From Rhodosorus marinus CCMP1338 (lineage: Eukaryota > Plantae > Rhodophyta), in contig JAMWBK010000005.1 in NCBI GenBank assembly GCA_029953675.1, positions 496,001 to 560,000 on the forward strand: a DNA stretch of 64,000 nucleotides, given 5' to 3'. Both the position numbers and the translations under genes were made by a program. The notes beneath the pieces were generated by a model. That model searched no databases. It had not been told where the DNA came from and was given only the letters and a program-made list of their open reading frames with translations. Below, one piece after another: positions 50,456 through 63,416 of the stretch. Position 1 is the stretch's first letter. Every line of letters begins with the position of its first letter.

Positions 50456-52297
50456 ATGGACCTGACGGAGTATGAACGGGAGCGGGAGGAACGAATACGT
50501 AAGAATCAAGAAGCGTTGTTGAAGCTGGAGATTCCTCAGCTGGCCCCCAAACAGGCGGTGGCTTCGAAGCCAAGGGCTCCGAGATCAAAGAGAAAACCAG
50601 TCGAAGAGGTAAGACCATGCAGATCGTTCATTTGCAGCACATTTGGGACATGCGCTTCCGTTTCTTACCGGATGCTAATATCTGACTGACCAAACGGAAG
50701 ACTACGAGGAGAGTGTCATTGAGGACGAGAGGGCTGGCACCTGATGGTACTGAAGCAGAAAAGATCAAGAAGGAAGCGGAGCTAGTTGCGGCGCAGACTC
50801 GAAAGAGGCATTCTGGAACCGAGTCCTTCGCGGGGACTTTGTATGAGCCGGATGACTATCAAGCCTTTGATGGCGACACTGAGGTTTCTAAGCGGCAGAA
50901 TCTGGTTGATTCCTTCGCAGAGAAAATCAGTTCGGCCCCAGAAGGGATGTATGAACGGTTTTCCGGAGGCGAGGATAGGAAAACAGGAGCTGGTCGCATC
51001 CTCGACATGAAAATCATAGGCGAAGAACCCCAGAGGAAAGTTCTGGTCTCAAGGGTGTACAGCGTAAATATTCATCCCCGCAGGGACAGAATCCTAGTAG
51101 GAGCCGGTATGTGTACTCAACAACCAAGAACTCAATTCCCAACGACCTGGATAAGGAAAATATCTCAGACCATGCAAACTATTCCAAACAGGTGACACCA
51201 AAGGCTTTTTCGGACTTATGCATCTAGACGATGAATCGCGACCCTCACTTTTGAGGATGGAGCCCCACTCAAGGACCATCACTGCAATTCGGTCAAACCC
51301 TGTAGAAACCGATCAAATGTATACCACCAGCCACGATTGTACTCTACGAAGGCTTGATCTGACACGGCAGGTATGGTGCGACAGTGAGGCATGCAATGAA
51401 GTTCAGACGGCATATGTTGAGTCGCCCGTTTTCTCATCAGGAGTTCGTAACTATTCGGGAAGATGAAGAGAGGGACGGTTCTACTGATATTAATTTTATT
51501 GAGCCGCGGGTCTTGGCGTATTGCACATCGCGTGGCTACGTTGGCGTTGTGGATACGAGAGCCAAAAAGCATCCGTCATGGGAGAAGCAGCTGCACGAGA
51601 AAAAGGTTCGTTCAACGACTGATCTGGCATAAAAGGAGTTTATCCTTCCTGGACTGGCGTGATCAATCTATATTAGAATCTCACCTGAACAGTATTGCTT
51701 TTTCTCAACTGGCAGATTGGCAGTATAAGTGTTTGCTCAAAAACGAATGCTCTTGTGACAGCGAGTAATGACTGTACGGTTGCAGTCTTTGACTTGAGGA
51801 AGGTGGACACGAAGAAGACTCTTGCATCTTTCAGCCACGGCCGAGCTGTGAGCAACGGCGTACTCTCTGAAAATGGCAAGTCCATTCTGACCACAAGCTA
51901 TGATGACACGCTCAGAATTTATTCAAACGTCAAAGGTGAAGTGAAGATCTGCGGCAATCCCGTCCAACCGCAATTCACTCAATTGTTCTTTTGTGTGACA
52001 GGCAATTGGAAGGACAAACCACAGGTTTACAAACACGACAATAATACGGGCAGGTGGATCACGAAATTCAAGGCCGAGTGGTACCCACAAGAGCCGGGTG
52101 TTTTCGTATGTGGCAGTATGAAACGACCCCACGGCTTGGACGTTTTTGATGCAACTACAAACGATCATTCGATTACCGGCAAGCTGATGAGTGAATATTT
52201 AAGCGCGATTCCGGCGAGGCATGCGTTTCACCCTGAAATGGATATCCTCGCCACTGGCAACGCCTCTGGACGACTTTGTATATGGACTGCCCCATGA
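50456..52297 (+). CDS. WDR76: WD40 protein WDR76/CMR1-like, multi-exon
   Basis: N-terminal LTEYEREREERIRKNQEALLKL, WD repeats (TTSHDCTLR, TASNDCTVAVFDLR, TTSYDDTLRIY) and HDNNTGRWITKFKAEW. Confidence 0.88.
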
Positions 52298-53909
52298 AGC
52301 TAGCTCCCTGATGATTCAGTGAAGAAACTCATAGCGAGTGACTGGAACACGAACTGGGCAGAGATCTCCTGTCAGTTCGTGATCGATTTGTTCAGGGCGA
52401 AGTGTTCCTTATGGAAAGAATCGATCTTGCGGGGTCAATTGTGCTTGAAAAATTTCACTAGTCTTTAAGACCAATTCAGATTCCGTCCAAGACCGGACAG
52501 TCTCGAAAGAGGACCCCGACTTCCGCGCTAGACTCTCTCAATTCACTTTCGCCCACTGACATTCTTATACTCTCCATCTAAAGAGCTAAAAAAAGGCATA
52601 TACGAACAGTTAACGCTCAGCACGAGGACCGAAACACTGCGTCTCCGTACTCCAACCCACACCGCATACCCCAGAGAAGCCCATCTAATTATTCCCGCAA
52701 TATCATCCACAACCAAACACCCCTGCCATCATACGAATCCATACACCAGCAAGTACATACGTTCAGTTAGATCTCATCGATACAGAATGTTTCTATACCT
52801 AGCACCCCTCCTCAACCTGTTCCACACAACAGCACGAAATCACGTGATATGCCACCCATCATGCCTAAAGCAGCACTCAATTCCAATCTTCTTCCTCAAC
52901 TCTACTGTCAGCAGACATTCTTCCTCTCCATTGGTTATCACCAAAAGAAAACGACTGAATATTTTTACAATGACTGAACTTCCATGTCTTAATCTCAATG
53001 GTTGCGAACAATGCAAATTATTCTTAAATTCACTAATCCTAAGCACCAAGATTTTTTCGCGTGTCAGCTCTCACCCCACGACAGGTGGAACTGTCCTTGT
53101 AAGTAATAGTACACCATTGAGGCTCCTAAAATATTTTTGTTACGATAACGTTGAATAGTGAGTAGTACTAATAGAAAGGATGGGGCTTGTACAGGCCCTG
53201 TTCAGTAGAGTGTTTATACGGTATAATATATTCTCTTAATTGGAAATATAAATTGTTATTACGTTACAATAGATATTTTACGGGTTTTAAATATACGGTA
53301 AGGAATGGTTGCAAAGCGGAAAAGGCATCTCCTCAGATTTTTGGAGAGAGACTACTTATGCAAATCTGGAATGGGTGGAAGGGTAGGGGGAGGGCGGGGA
53401 CATGAGGAAGAGAAGAGGATAGAGTAGGCTTCAGGTCGAAGAGGGCATTAGATGTTTTTCCTCATTAGGAAGGGAAGAAGGGCATTTTGGGACGAATGCG
53501 TGTGAATAAGCGGGTATGCGTTGTAGGTCGGTGGGGGTGGGGGGTTGTGGGTTTGTTCGAAGTTATACTAAGTAGATTCTGATGTGGTTTTAAGTGTTGT
53601 ACTTTTCTTTTACAGTCATGTCAGCTTGTTCGGTTGTGCTTATCGAATAGTAGGAGTTTGGTGTGTTGGAATGGACGTGGTGATGACTATTGTTCCGAGT
53701 TGTGAGTTGAGGTTTTGATAAATTCTAGTAGGATTCGACAATCTAGTTTGAAGTATTACGGGGCGCCAGGGAACTCCTACCAGGTGGTGATTTTCAGAAT
53801 CTGTGAACTGAGTATCGGAGCTGCGGAAAACGAACTGAGAAAATACCGCTTGACGAACGACTCCGTTTTACTCTAAGAACTCGTTTTTAGAACCAAGGAA
53901 ACGAAAGCA

Positions 53910-55695
53910 ATGGTTTCCTTGCGGTGCTTATCAAGTTTTTCCAGGCAAATAGGCAGAAAATGGAGAGGATTGAGCTCTACGGCGAATGGGATGCTCCAGC
54001 TTGGCATTAGCGGCGCCCGGACGAGGTAACTCATGAGACAAACGAGAAAGAAGTCATTTTAGATTTCAGTAGATGGCAAACTACTGACATTTTGCTTTGC
54101 TCGAAAATTTGCTGGCATTTTTCGAAATGATTGTACTGCGTTAGGGACAAAGGTCCGTTTGTCATAGGTGTTGCGGGCGCCAGCGCGTCCGGAAAAACAT
54201 CGGTGTGCAATCAGCTGATTCGCTCCCTGAACCACCATCGGTGTCTTCTAATGAGCATGGACTGGTTTTACCGCGGAGTTCCAGAGGATTCTGCAGAGGA
54301 AGATTACAATTTTGACCATCCCGACGCATTAGACTTTCAATCTATTAAGGAAACAATGCTACTGATGCTCGACAAGAAGCCCGTTGAAGTACCGATCTAT
54401 GATTATAAGTTGGTAGGGTTTTATGCTTTTGAATTCGCTGACTTGTCCGATACGTGATTCACGGTGTTACGCTCAAATTCTGGCCCTCGTTTCTTCACCG
54501 CCTCTGCTTCACAGCACAAAAGACTCTCTCGCAAGCGATCACTAGCCTCTGCCGACGTCGTCATTATAGAAGGAATCTTCGCGTTCTACTACCCGGAGAT
54601 TCGAGACTTGATGAACATGAAAGTGTTCGTTGATGAAGATGCCGACACTTGTCTGGCAAGAAGAATCAGAAGGGATTGCTCAGTCAGAGGCAGGTACACA
54701 ACGGCTCTCCCTCGGTTCCGAACTTTGCGGATGTACCAGGTGATACATTCTGATTCTACGTACTGTATGCGTTCTCGCAGGGACATCGACAGTGTACTAG
54801 ATCAATATGAGAAGTTTGTCAAACCTTCGTTCGATGAGCTAATCGTTCCAACCAAGCGCTTCGCGGATATCATTGTGCCACGGGGTAGAGACAACCCGGT
54901 TGCAATTGATCTCCTGCGACGACACCTACAGCATAAGTTAGATGACAGTGGATCGCACTCAAACCTAACAGTGCTGAAGTCGAATGCACAAACCGAGCTT
55001 TTGACTCAAGCTCTTCGTCCAAGTACGAACGGACTGAACTGGGAGGTGAGCTTAGCACCTCAACTACCCCGGGCGGGACGGAAGACCGCCTCTTTCTAAT
55101 TTTGAGACTTAAGAGCTTTCATTCGGTCAGGAAGTAAGTCTGCGTACGCGCAGGCTCGCCTCTTTGGCCTTTGAAGAGGCTCTTGGGATAGCCACTTCTT
55201 CCGACAAGAGGGCCTCAAGCGGGATTCTCGCTATTCCGCTTACTCGAAGTTCCACCGCGCTCGTTCCAGCACTGGCTCCAATCGCTGCAACAGCTTCTGA
55301 CCATATCACATTCCAGGCGGCAGAAGGGATCGATCAGAAGAACAGACCAGTAGCGAACGAAACAGTGGTTCTTTTCGATCATTCGTTGACCGATTCTGCA
55401 GTCATTTTGCCCAAACTCGGCGGCCTCGGAGAAACCCAAATCGCTTCAAATACAGTAGGTTTCCGAACACTACAACGGAACTACTGTACCGTGGGCACTG
55501 AAATTATTCTCTCGCAATGTCAAGGTGGTCGTTGTGTCCCTTCAAATCAGTGATGCTGTCGCAAACGAAATATTTAATGCATACCCTACTGTCAAGCTCG
55601 TCACAGCCTCGGTTTTACGACAGGGAGAAATTGTTGATGAGACATTCATGAATGTTTGGGATGACCAAGTGGCGAACCAGGCGCAGGTCCATTAG
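53910..55695 (+). CDS. Uridine-cytidine kinase with a degenerate C-terminal UPRT-like domain (UCKL/UKL type) and a presequence-like N-terminus
   Basis: VIGVAGASASGKT, DWFY, NFDHPDALD, IIEGIF, LARRIRRD and KPSFDELIVPTKRFADIIVPRG. The C-terminal part has VVLFDHSL and YPTVKLVTA. Exon 1, MVSLRCLSSFSRQIGRKWRGLSST, splices in frame. Confidence 0.85.
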
Positions 55696-56732
55696 TCAGC
55701 TTTTGAGCCAAACCACCTTTGTGGTTGTAGCAACAATGCGGAGACCTCGTTTGGTGCAAGCCGATTATTAAGCGGATTGTACTAGTAGCGACACTACGTA
55801 GATAAAACTCATTCCAGAACAACAGGGAAAACCCGGCCGTTCCTAAAAATCCATGACGATCCCCTGCGTCGCCCTTCTTTTGGTCTGAATTTCTAAAACG
55901 GGATGCACATAGCTAGTCGGAGGTTTGTGCAGAAGGCCGTCTCCACATTTGTCAAAACTATTGCCACCCACACGGCCCCGGTCGAACCTAACTCGAATCT
56001 TGAAGACCGTCTGCCCAAGTAGAGTAGAGATGTACACATGGACTGCAATTGGTGACTAGTAATTCTTCCTGTGGATATCACATCCTCTCAACAACCACGC
56101 CCCTCCCTCTCAAATCTTGCTGCAGTATGTTAGGAGCTAGGCAACGAATTAGATATCTGCCAATCCTACAGCTACAATAATCTCAGGCTTTTGGCATAGA
56201 GCCATATAGCTCGATCCGTGTGGCTCAATCCGTATATGCCACGCCAATCAGGCCCAGGCTTAAAGAATGTCCTGCCCTTAACATCACAGCTTGAGCCTGA
56301 GAGACCGGTAGTCCATCCCAGACTAGTCCCCTTGTCCTTGACCACATTGCAATCCAGAAGCCACAAGATCGAATCTACACAATCGTAAAACAATTTCTAT
56401 TATTAGATATATTAATCCAGATTATTATAATAAATTAATATAAAATATAATTTCGAAATAAAAATGCTCTAATATATCCAATATGAATTCAAATATTGTT
56501 ATTTAAAATAATGAAAAATAGAAATTAATGATCTATTCTCGCTATTTGAGAAGGATCATGTTGGGTAAGGGTTTCCTGGAGATGAGGGTTTTGGATCTGG
56601 TTGAAAGTTCCCGATGCGGTTCTGCATTGACTAAATGTATCTGAGTCTATTGGTTAGTTTCTAAGAGGTCAGGTGGTTCTACAGTTTCTTTAGTTTTGTT
56701 TTCTCGTATTGTGAATCTAGTTTGATCGAACG

Positions 56733-57406
56733 ATGTCTCGAATAGCACGAGCGGAGAAGGACAAGGTCGTGCAGAAGCTTTTGCTGGCCAAGGAGCTTTC
56801 CGGGAAGACTTATGATGAGATCGCGGAGGAGGTAGGCTTAACGAATGCTATGGTTTCACAGATATTCCATAGACAGGCGCCATTGAAGCAAGTCTCAATG
56901 GATAAGATGAAGCGAGCCGTGCCGCTGCTTAAGGAGGACGATCTGTTCGAGATGAGCAAGCCGCCGTTTAGAAGCTTCGACCCCGACATCATTCAGGAGC
57001 CTGCAATATATCGTTTACATGAAGTCTGTATGCACTATGGTGAGCCAAAATGCCTTCATCTGTGGACTTATAGCGGGCTACGGACTAAGGTCTAACAACC
57101 ATCCTCTGCAGGTGAATCTGTCAAGGAGATCATCAACGAAAAGTGCGGAGATGGGATCATGTCGGCGATCGATTTTAACTTAAACGTTGAAAGCAAAAAG
57201 GTAAAAGCGGAACAGCGTTATAGTTCATGCTTCTGGGTCCGGATCACCAGGCTCGCACGACAACAGAATCTGATTGAACGGTTTTGTACCTGCTTGTGGA
57301 CGTTTTCCATGATTTCCAGGGCTCCAAAGGAGAAGACAGGATAGTTTTAACCCTCGACGGAAAGTTCCTTCCGTTTAGCGAACAGCGAGTGGAAGAAGAA
57401 GAATAG
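56733..57406 (+). CDS. CYN: Cyanase (cyanate hydratase), 3 exons
   Basis: GKTYDEIAEEVGLTN, EPAIYRLHEVCMHYGE|SVKEIINEKCGDGIMSAIDF, and DRIVLTLDGKFLPF. Confidence 0.96.
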
Positions 57407-57610
57407 AAATCTTAAAATGTTGGGAGAAGGACCGGTGAATATGCTGTTGTAATGACTAACCAGGCGCCGTGTGGAATGAACTGTTGTTTTCTAGAATTCG
57501 CTTCCTGCGGGTTTTATAAACACGTCTTTAGCTGATAGGTTCTAGTTATCATGCGCTTTGGCCTACGCTTACGGCCACCTAAGCAGTTTTGAGTTGCAGT
57601 TTTCTTGCTG

Positions 57611-59420
57611 CTAGATCCCGCGTGGCGGCTTGTCACGTCCACGCATTATGTCCTCAATCTGCTCGAGAGTCTTGCCTTTGGTTTCAGGTAAATACGACGA
57701 TTCAAATATGATTGCGCTTAGGCTTATTGCCGCGAAGATGGCAAACAGGGTAGAGCTTCCAATCGACTCCCTCAGCGGTTCGAACAGAGCAGCAACGAGC
57801 AGGTTGGATCCAAAATTGGTTATTGTGCCAAACGCCAAGGCCTTGCTCCGAACTTGCAGAGGAAACAGCTCGCTAAGCATGAGCCATGAAATTGGGCCGA
57901 AGCCGATCTGGTATCCTCCAACGTAGAGTATCACTGCCGAAATAATTGCCTAACCATAGACAAACAACCAAAACCAGAAACAGTCTTTACGATGAGAACC
58001 ATTGGGTCTCAAGCCCGCCCTTTCGCTCGAGTTAGCAGACTTACCACTTGCTGGGAGCTTGTAAAAGGAGCATCGGGCTGAATGCCACTGAAAATAAAAG
58101 ACAGAGCAGCAAGGCAGGCGGTCATGATGGTTGTACCAGTTATCAGAAGGGGTTTCCTCCCGAATCTTTCAACAGAATACGCAGAACCGATGGTTGAAAC
58201 AAGCTTAAATACGCCCACGCCAACGGCTGCACCGAAGCCAAGGCCGGCCTGGTCAAAGATTCTATTCGCGTAGTAGAGAACAGAAGGCTGACCAGTAAAC
58301 TGCTGGAACAGGACCAGTCCAATACCACTAATCAGAGCTGGTTTGGCTCCCGGAGTCTGAAGTAGACCACCACCAAGCTCTGATTGATTGTCTCTGATAT
58401 CTGAATACAAAGACGGGCAAATGGGAAACGAAATCCGTGAGTCAGCAGCTCTGCTGAAGATGGACAAGCACACACAAAACTTTGTAATCCCGAAGATCAT
58501 TCTCACTCTGGAGTATATCTCCAATGTCCCGAGTGGCTTGGTCCCTGTCTCCACCATTCAGAACGTATTGATTCTCCTCCGCATCACGAGTGAGGTACTC
58601 ATACTCGGGACCTTGGGATGCTTGAAGACATAGAAAACGAGGGCTCTCTTTGCACGAAGCTGCGACGATCGCTCCTGGCACTTCAAGTAGCAGAGCGGCA
58701 GCGAACATGAACCTCCAGGACTCATCCCCGAATGGGGACAGAGCATATCCGCTAATGTAGCCCATGAGAATACCGAAAACGATGAAGGCTTCTTTCAATG
58801 CGACCAGGGATCCTGTACAGAATAGGTAAGTCACAGATGATTGGATTAGTCCCGACAATGCCTTTCTCCTAAAAGACCAAAGATTTGTGGAGAGGATCCT
58901 CACCCCTCTTGTCGCTTGGAACAGATTCCGAGATCAAGAGCGGACTGGCGTGCATAGCTGCTCCGATCCCAAGACCGTAGATGAACCGTCCGGAAACCAA
59001 AGACCAAAACCCGGAAGAAACGACCTGAAGACAGGTTCCAGCAAAATATAGCCCGTACGCTACCTGCAGCTCTGACTTTCTCCCAAAACGGTTTCCGAGT
59101 TGGTTCACCGCTATCGAAGAAACCAGCGCGCCGAGGAGGGACATCGATGCCACAGCCGATAGCTGTGATGCACCGAATCCCTGGTCACCAAGTACTCTGA
59201 TTACAGACGAACTAGATCCGATATCATAACCAAATAGCCCACCAGCCATCGCCGCTGCAGAGAACGAAGGCAGCCATCCCGGGAGCTTCCACGACGACCC
59301 CGCAGACATCTTCGTCAAGCCAATCCTTCTGCTGCTTAGAGCCCTTTTACACAGCCGTACATCAGCTGCACTCAAGATTCCAACTCCATTCACAGCAAAA
59401 CTCAACGTTGTTCCGTTCAT
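57611..59420 (-). CDS. Plastid-targeted MFS sugar porter (pSuT/VGT, xylose-proton symporter-like)
   Basis: Transit-like N-terminus, GGLFGYDIG, FQQFTGQPSVLYYA, VERFGRKPLL, GYQIGFGPISWLMLSELFP and LPETKGKTLEQIE. Confidence 0.92.
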
Positions 59421-60580
59421 CGTTACCCTCTAGTCCCGAATGACCGACTCGGTTCCGTGATCAGGCTTCCGGTCTCGCAGTGATCGGATCTCCAGCACTA
59501 CCATCCTCATCCATGGGTACGGTTCTTAGATCACTTCTTAGACCAATGTCTGTAGGTGCATCTTCAGCAGCATCTGAGCTCTCACATATACTGACAGCAT
59601 GTTTCATTTCTTCAGTAGTAGAAAAGCTGGTCTTGTGACCAGCTTCTAGATCTAGTTGATCCGATCATCAGCACGTCTACTTTGATACTTCAGCTGGTGT
59701 CCCACTCGAGTTGGTCACACGGGATGTGTGGGTGAGATTTAGGAGTATCGGAGCTCTGAGAAAGGACCACATAAGCAGTTTCTCACGCAGTGAAGAAGCT
59801 AATTTTAGTACGAGCTTCTAGCCATCTGCTGTGGATCGGATACTGTCATCTCGAGTATTCGGATCGTTTGTTCCCTAGCAAATCTGCAGAATCTCTGGTC
59901 GCCTGAAGCCAGGGTTTCTCTAATGCTAACTAGTTCTGCTTACGAGCTAATTGCTCTTCTCAGATGTCACGGCTCGGTCCTAACTACTCTGTGGTTACCT
60001 CTTCAACCTCAGAAAGCCTCTCCAACTGCATACTTTAAGCCGCCCAGTTGCAGTGCTAATCTGATGAGTTGTGTTTGGGTTTTCATGCGGACATTTCTTC
60101 CAGCGGTCGAGCTTCGCTCTGAACAGTTAAAAATCGATGATCTGGAAGACAATACCACCAGCTGAAAATCACCTTCGTGCCTTGTGCCGCCCAGGAAGAC
60201 AGCCGACTTGTTTCCTCCATAGTCGCAGGACGAGAGAACACCCGAACCGAATTCTCCTGAGGGGGCATTGTCGGTCTTCCAGGGTACGTTCCACCGAGAA
60301 CTAGGATCTACGCTCCAAACAGAGGTTGAGCCCACGAAGTAAAGCCCTTAGGCTTGAGCGTACTTCTGGGTCTGAAAACTTGCAAGCGACTCGTGAGAAC
60401 TCTCAGCAAGTTTTCGTGGCAGCTTTCTTGAATGTTCTGCTCCACCGAGCTTGTGCAATACAAGCAGTTAGTGTTTTTGTTAGACGAATTGGGCTGATGG
60501 GCTCTTGCGGGCTCTCCAAATCTTTGTTCATTCGATAAAAGTTGATCTTCGCTTATGTTGCGACCTAGAAATTTGGTTGC

Positions 60581-61655
60581 TTACGACACGGCCTTCTTCT
60601 TGAGTGCAGAGCCAAAGATTACCGCGTTCATGGTTGCCATGATCAAGGCACCGCCTACTATGTTGCCGAGGGTGACCGGGAGGAGATTTCCGAGAAAGAA
60701 CGATTGCCAGCTCACGCCGGCTCCGAGCATGATTCCGAAAGGAATCATGAACATGTTAGCAACGGAATGCTCAAACTTCATGGCTACAAAGGCTGAGATT
60801 GGGAACCAGATGGCGATCATTTTGCCACCGAGGTCCCTAGCTCCTGATGCCATGTAGACAGCCGCGGTGACGAGCCAGTTGCAAAGGATTCCTCGAACAA
60901 GCAACTAAGAAATCGGAGGGGAACTAGAAGTAAGACCGCTGAAGTTGTTGATCAACTATTATGTCAAGCTTACCTGAATGAATGGCAGGGAGGTCTTGGC
61001 TTTTGCAACTGCCAGGGGCCCTGCAGCGGTTGCTAGTACACCACTCGCCGCAGCGAGGTATGCGAGGAGCAGCGACCCGACCAAGTTCCCAACAAAAGAA
61101 ACAATCCAGCTTTTAGCGATACCACCCATGCTAGCTTTCTTCTCGTGGAACGCAGCAGAAACAGTCATGGTGTTACCGGTGAAGAGCTCAGCCCCTGTAA
61201 CAAGAACCTGGAAAGCGCGATCGTGTGCTTATCAGATAGAAGCGTTCTCAAGGAGGAATTTTCCGTCCCTGTGGAGATTAACCTACAAGCATGAGTCCAA
61301 ACGGCAGACCGAATGCGCCAAAAATCATCTGCTGAAGCCCTGGGTTCGTTGCCAATAATCCAGGACACGCGCCACCAACTGTCAGAGCGAGTAGAGATCC
61401 ATATCCGATGTAGGCGCCCCCGAGGATACTGGAGATGAAGATTTTCCATATCGGCTTCTTTGAATTCTTCTCGCCCAGATCTGACGCAATTTCATACAAT
61501 TCTGGAGCGGGAGCAATAGTTGACGCTGGTGCAGACGGCGCGACGGGGGCAGCTACAGCCCTCGTAACGAAGCGCACCCTTCTGCCAGCTTCCGAGGAAG
61601 TCCTCCCACTCCTCACTCGCAGGCCAAAAGTAGATTGAACGAAGCCCAGATTCAT
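60581..61655 (-). CDS. Plastid-targeted formate/nitrite transporter family channel (NAR1/LCIA-like), 3 exons
   Basis: Transit-like [38 protein letters not shown] and [11 protein letters not shown]. Confidence 0.95.
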
Positions 61656-62499
61656 CTTGACAATACTCTCAAAAACCAAAAATTAAGAAGCAGAATCTAA
61701 AGAAATAATCAAAAGTCCACCCCTCCCACCCCTCCCAGCCATCATTCCCACCACCATCCACCGCACCAACCCAGCTCTTCAATGAAACCGAAACTGCTTA
61801 GCAAACTCTAAGTGAGCCGAGCTAACAAAAATATTTAACCACCCCTATCCAATCTATCCCAACTATTTTACAAAAATGTAACCCCAGTTGAATTGGACCA
61901 AAACAATGCATATATATCTACTAAAATTACTCTCATTTGAACTATTCTCTAAAACGAGTATTTCGTTGTAGGGTGCTAAAACTCAGTAAAAATCTTATAC
62001 ACAAAATCTACACCCCCCACCCCCACCCCCACCCCGATAGAAGTCAAATCCCCAAAAAACTGTTGTAAACGAGATTTGATACACCCTCAAGATGAGCATT
62101 CGAAATGAATGGAAGTGGACTTTAGTATAATAATTTTGAAGAAAACAAACATACCTACCCTGAAGAAATTTTTTCCTGCTGATTTCCGCAAGGCCGCGAG
62201 CGATGAGGAAGAGGCATCGACCAATTTTCGAGTTAATTATTTCTGCTTTTCTATTTCCGTGAGTAAGCCCTCTGCTCGGAGTTGACGCAAGCATTTCCGT
62301 CAAGTCCCTCGAGACATGTGGCATAAGATCATTGGTCAAAAAAATGGTTTTTTAAAAAACATTTTGCTTGTTTGCCGCGGAGAAAGAAATACGGTATAAA
62401 ATATCATTAGGTATTAAGAAAAACGAAACAAAAAATTTCATGGCTTCGATATTGTACCATCGGATGTGTGCTAACGGCTTGGCGTGCCCTGGTGACTGT

Positions 62500-63416
62500 T
62501 GGATCACTGGGTCACATTGACATGGTCCGTTGTGGGGACCAATACTTGATGTTTGCCCAAGGCTTGGGCAAACGTCTAGGTGTCATCTGGTAGATATTGC
62601 TTCCGTACGTAGAATTTTTAGCTCGGCTCGACCCTGTAGCGGTGCTCGCGGTTGGATTCAACTGACCCTAGCGGACAATTCCTGGCTGCAGCATAATCTC
62701 CCCGTAGCGTTCGCCACCATACCTTCGCACACAGATGATTGTACAAAGCTGCCGCAGATAAATGACCCAGGGTGTTATGGGTATCCGCGTCGATGTCATT
62801 TCCCTCTTCTGGTACGACCGATATTCTTCGTGTTCGGTCCATTTGTTTTGAGTAGACTCCGGTTACAGGGTCAAACTCCATTCCTTCAGTCTCCCAACAT
62901 CCCAAAGCATCGCACTATTATTTTCCCGCTTCCTCTATACGCCACGGAGCTGCTGAGGCTCGTATGCGAAGGCACAAGGAGATGCGTACGCGGATGCGTT
63001 GACGAATGCACAGCGGAAACCTAACGCATCGTCTAGTCAAGTTGAGTCATTGCGCTTCTGGACGGTATGGGAGCTGCTTAGCTCAAAGACTGCATCGGAG
63101 AGCGCCACTCTGCATGCTACGGTCATTACACGGCTCTGAGCTTTATGCTCTGGCTCATGAACGCCGGCTTGTTGCTTGAAGCGCGTCCTCGGTTGTTCAG
63201 TATTCTCAGGGGAATCCGTCTCTGATAAATGCACTTATCTTGGATTATCCACTCTGGAACGTGTTCCACTAGCCGCTCCGACGACATTAGGTCTACCTTC
63301 GGAAGTCGCGATAATGCATCATCCACGACGTTAATCCTCTTACCGGGACAACCAGCTATTGCGTTACCAGCCAAACTGCTGTATTCCAAAAGCTGAAAAT
63401 CGATAGTATCAGTCAA
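62500..63416 (-). mobile_element. Decayed Ty3/gypsy LTR-retrotransposon pol fragment (RNase H end plus integrase H2C2 zinc domain)
   Basis: CPGKRINVVDDALSRLP resembles PGKxNVVADALSR. VVPEE...THNTLGHLSAAALYNHLCAKVWWRTLRGD...CP matches the integrase zinc-binding pattern. Stops and frameshifts are present. Confidence 0.75.

Noticed and set aside
55843-56393. Protein-like minus-strand frames upstream of cyanase
   Set aside because: They could not be joined into a gene or assigned to a family. They may be remnants, but this is unsupported.
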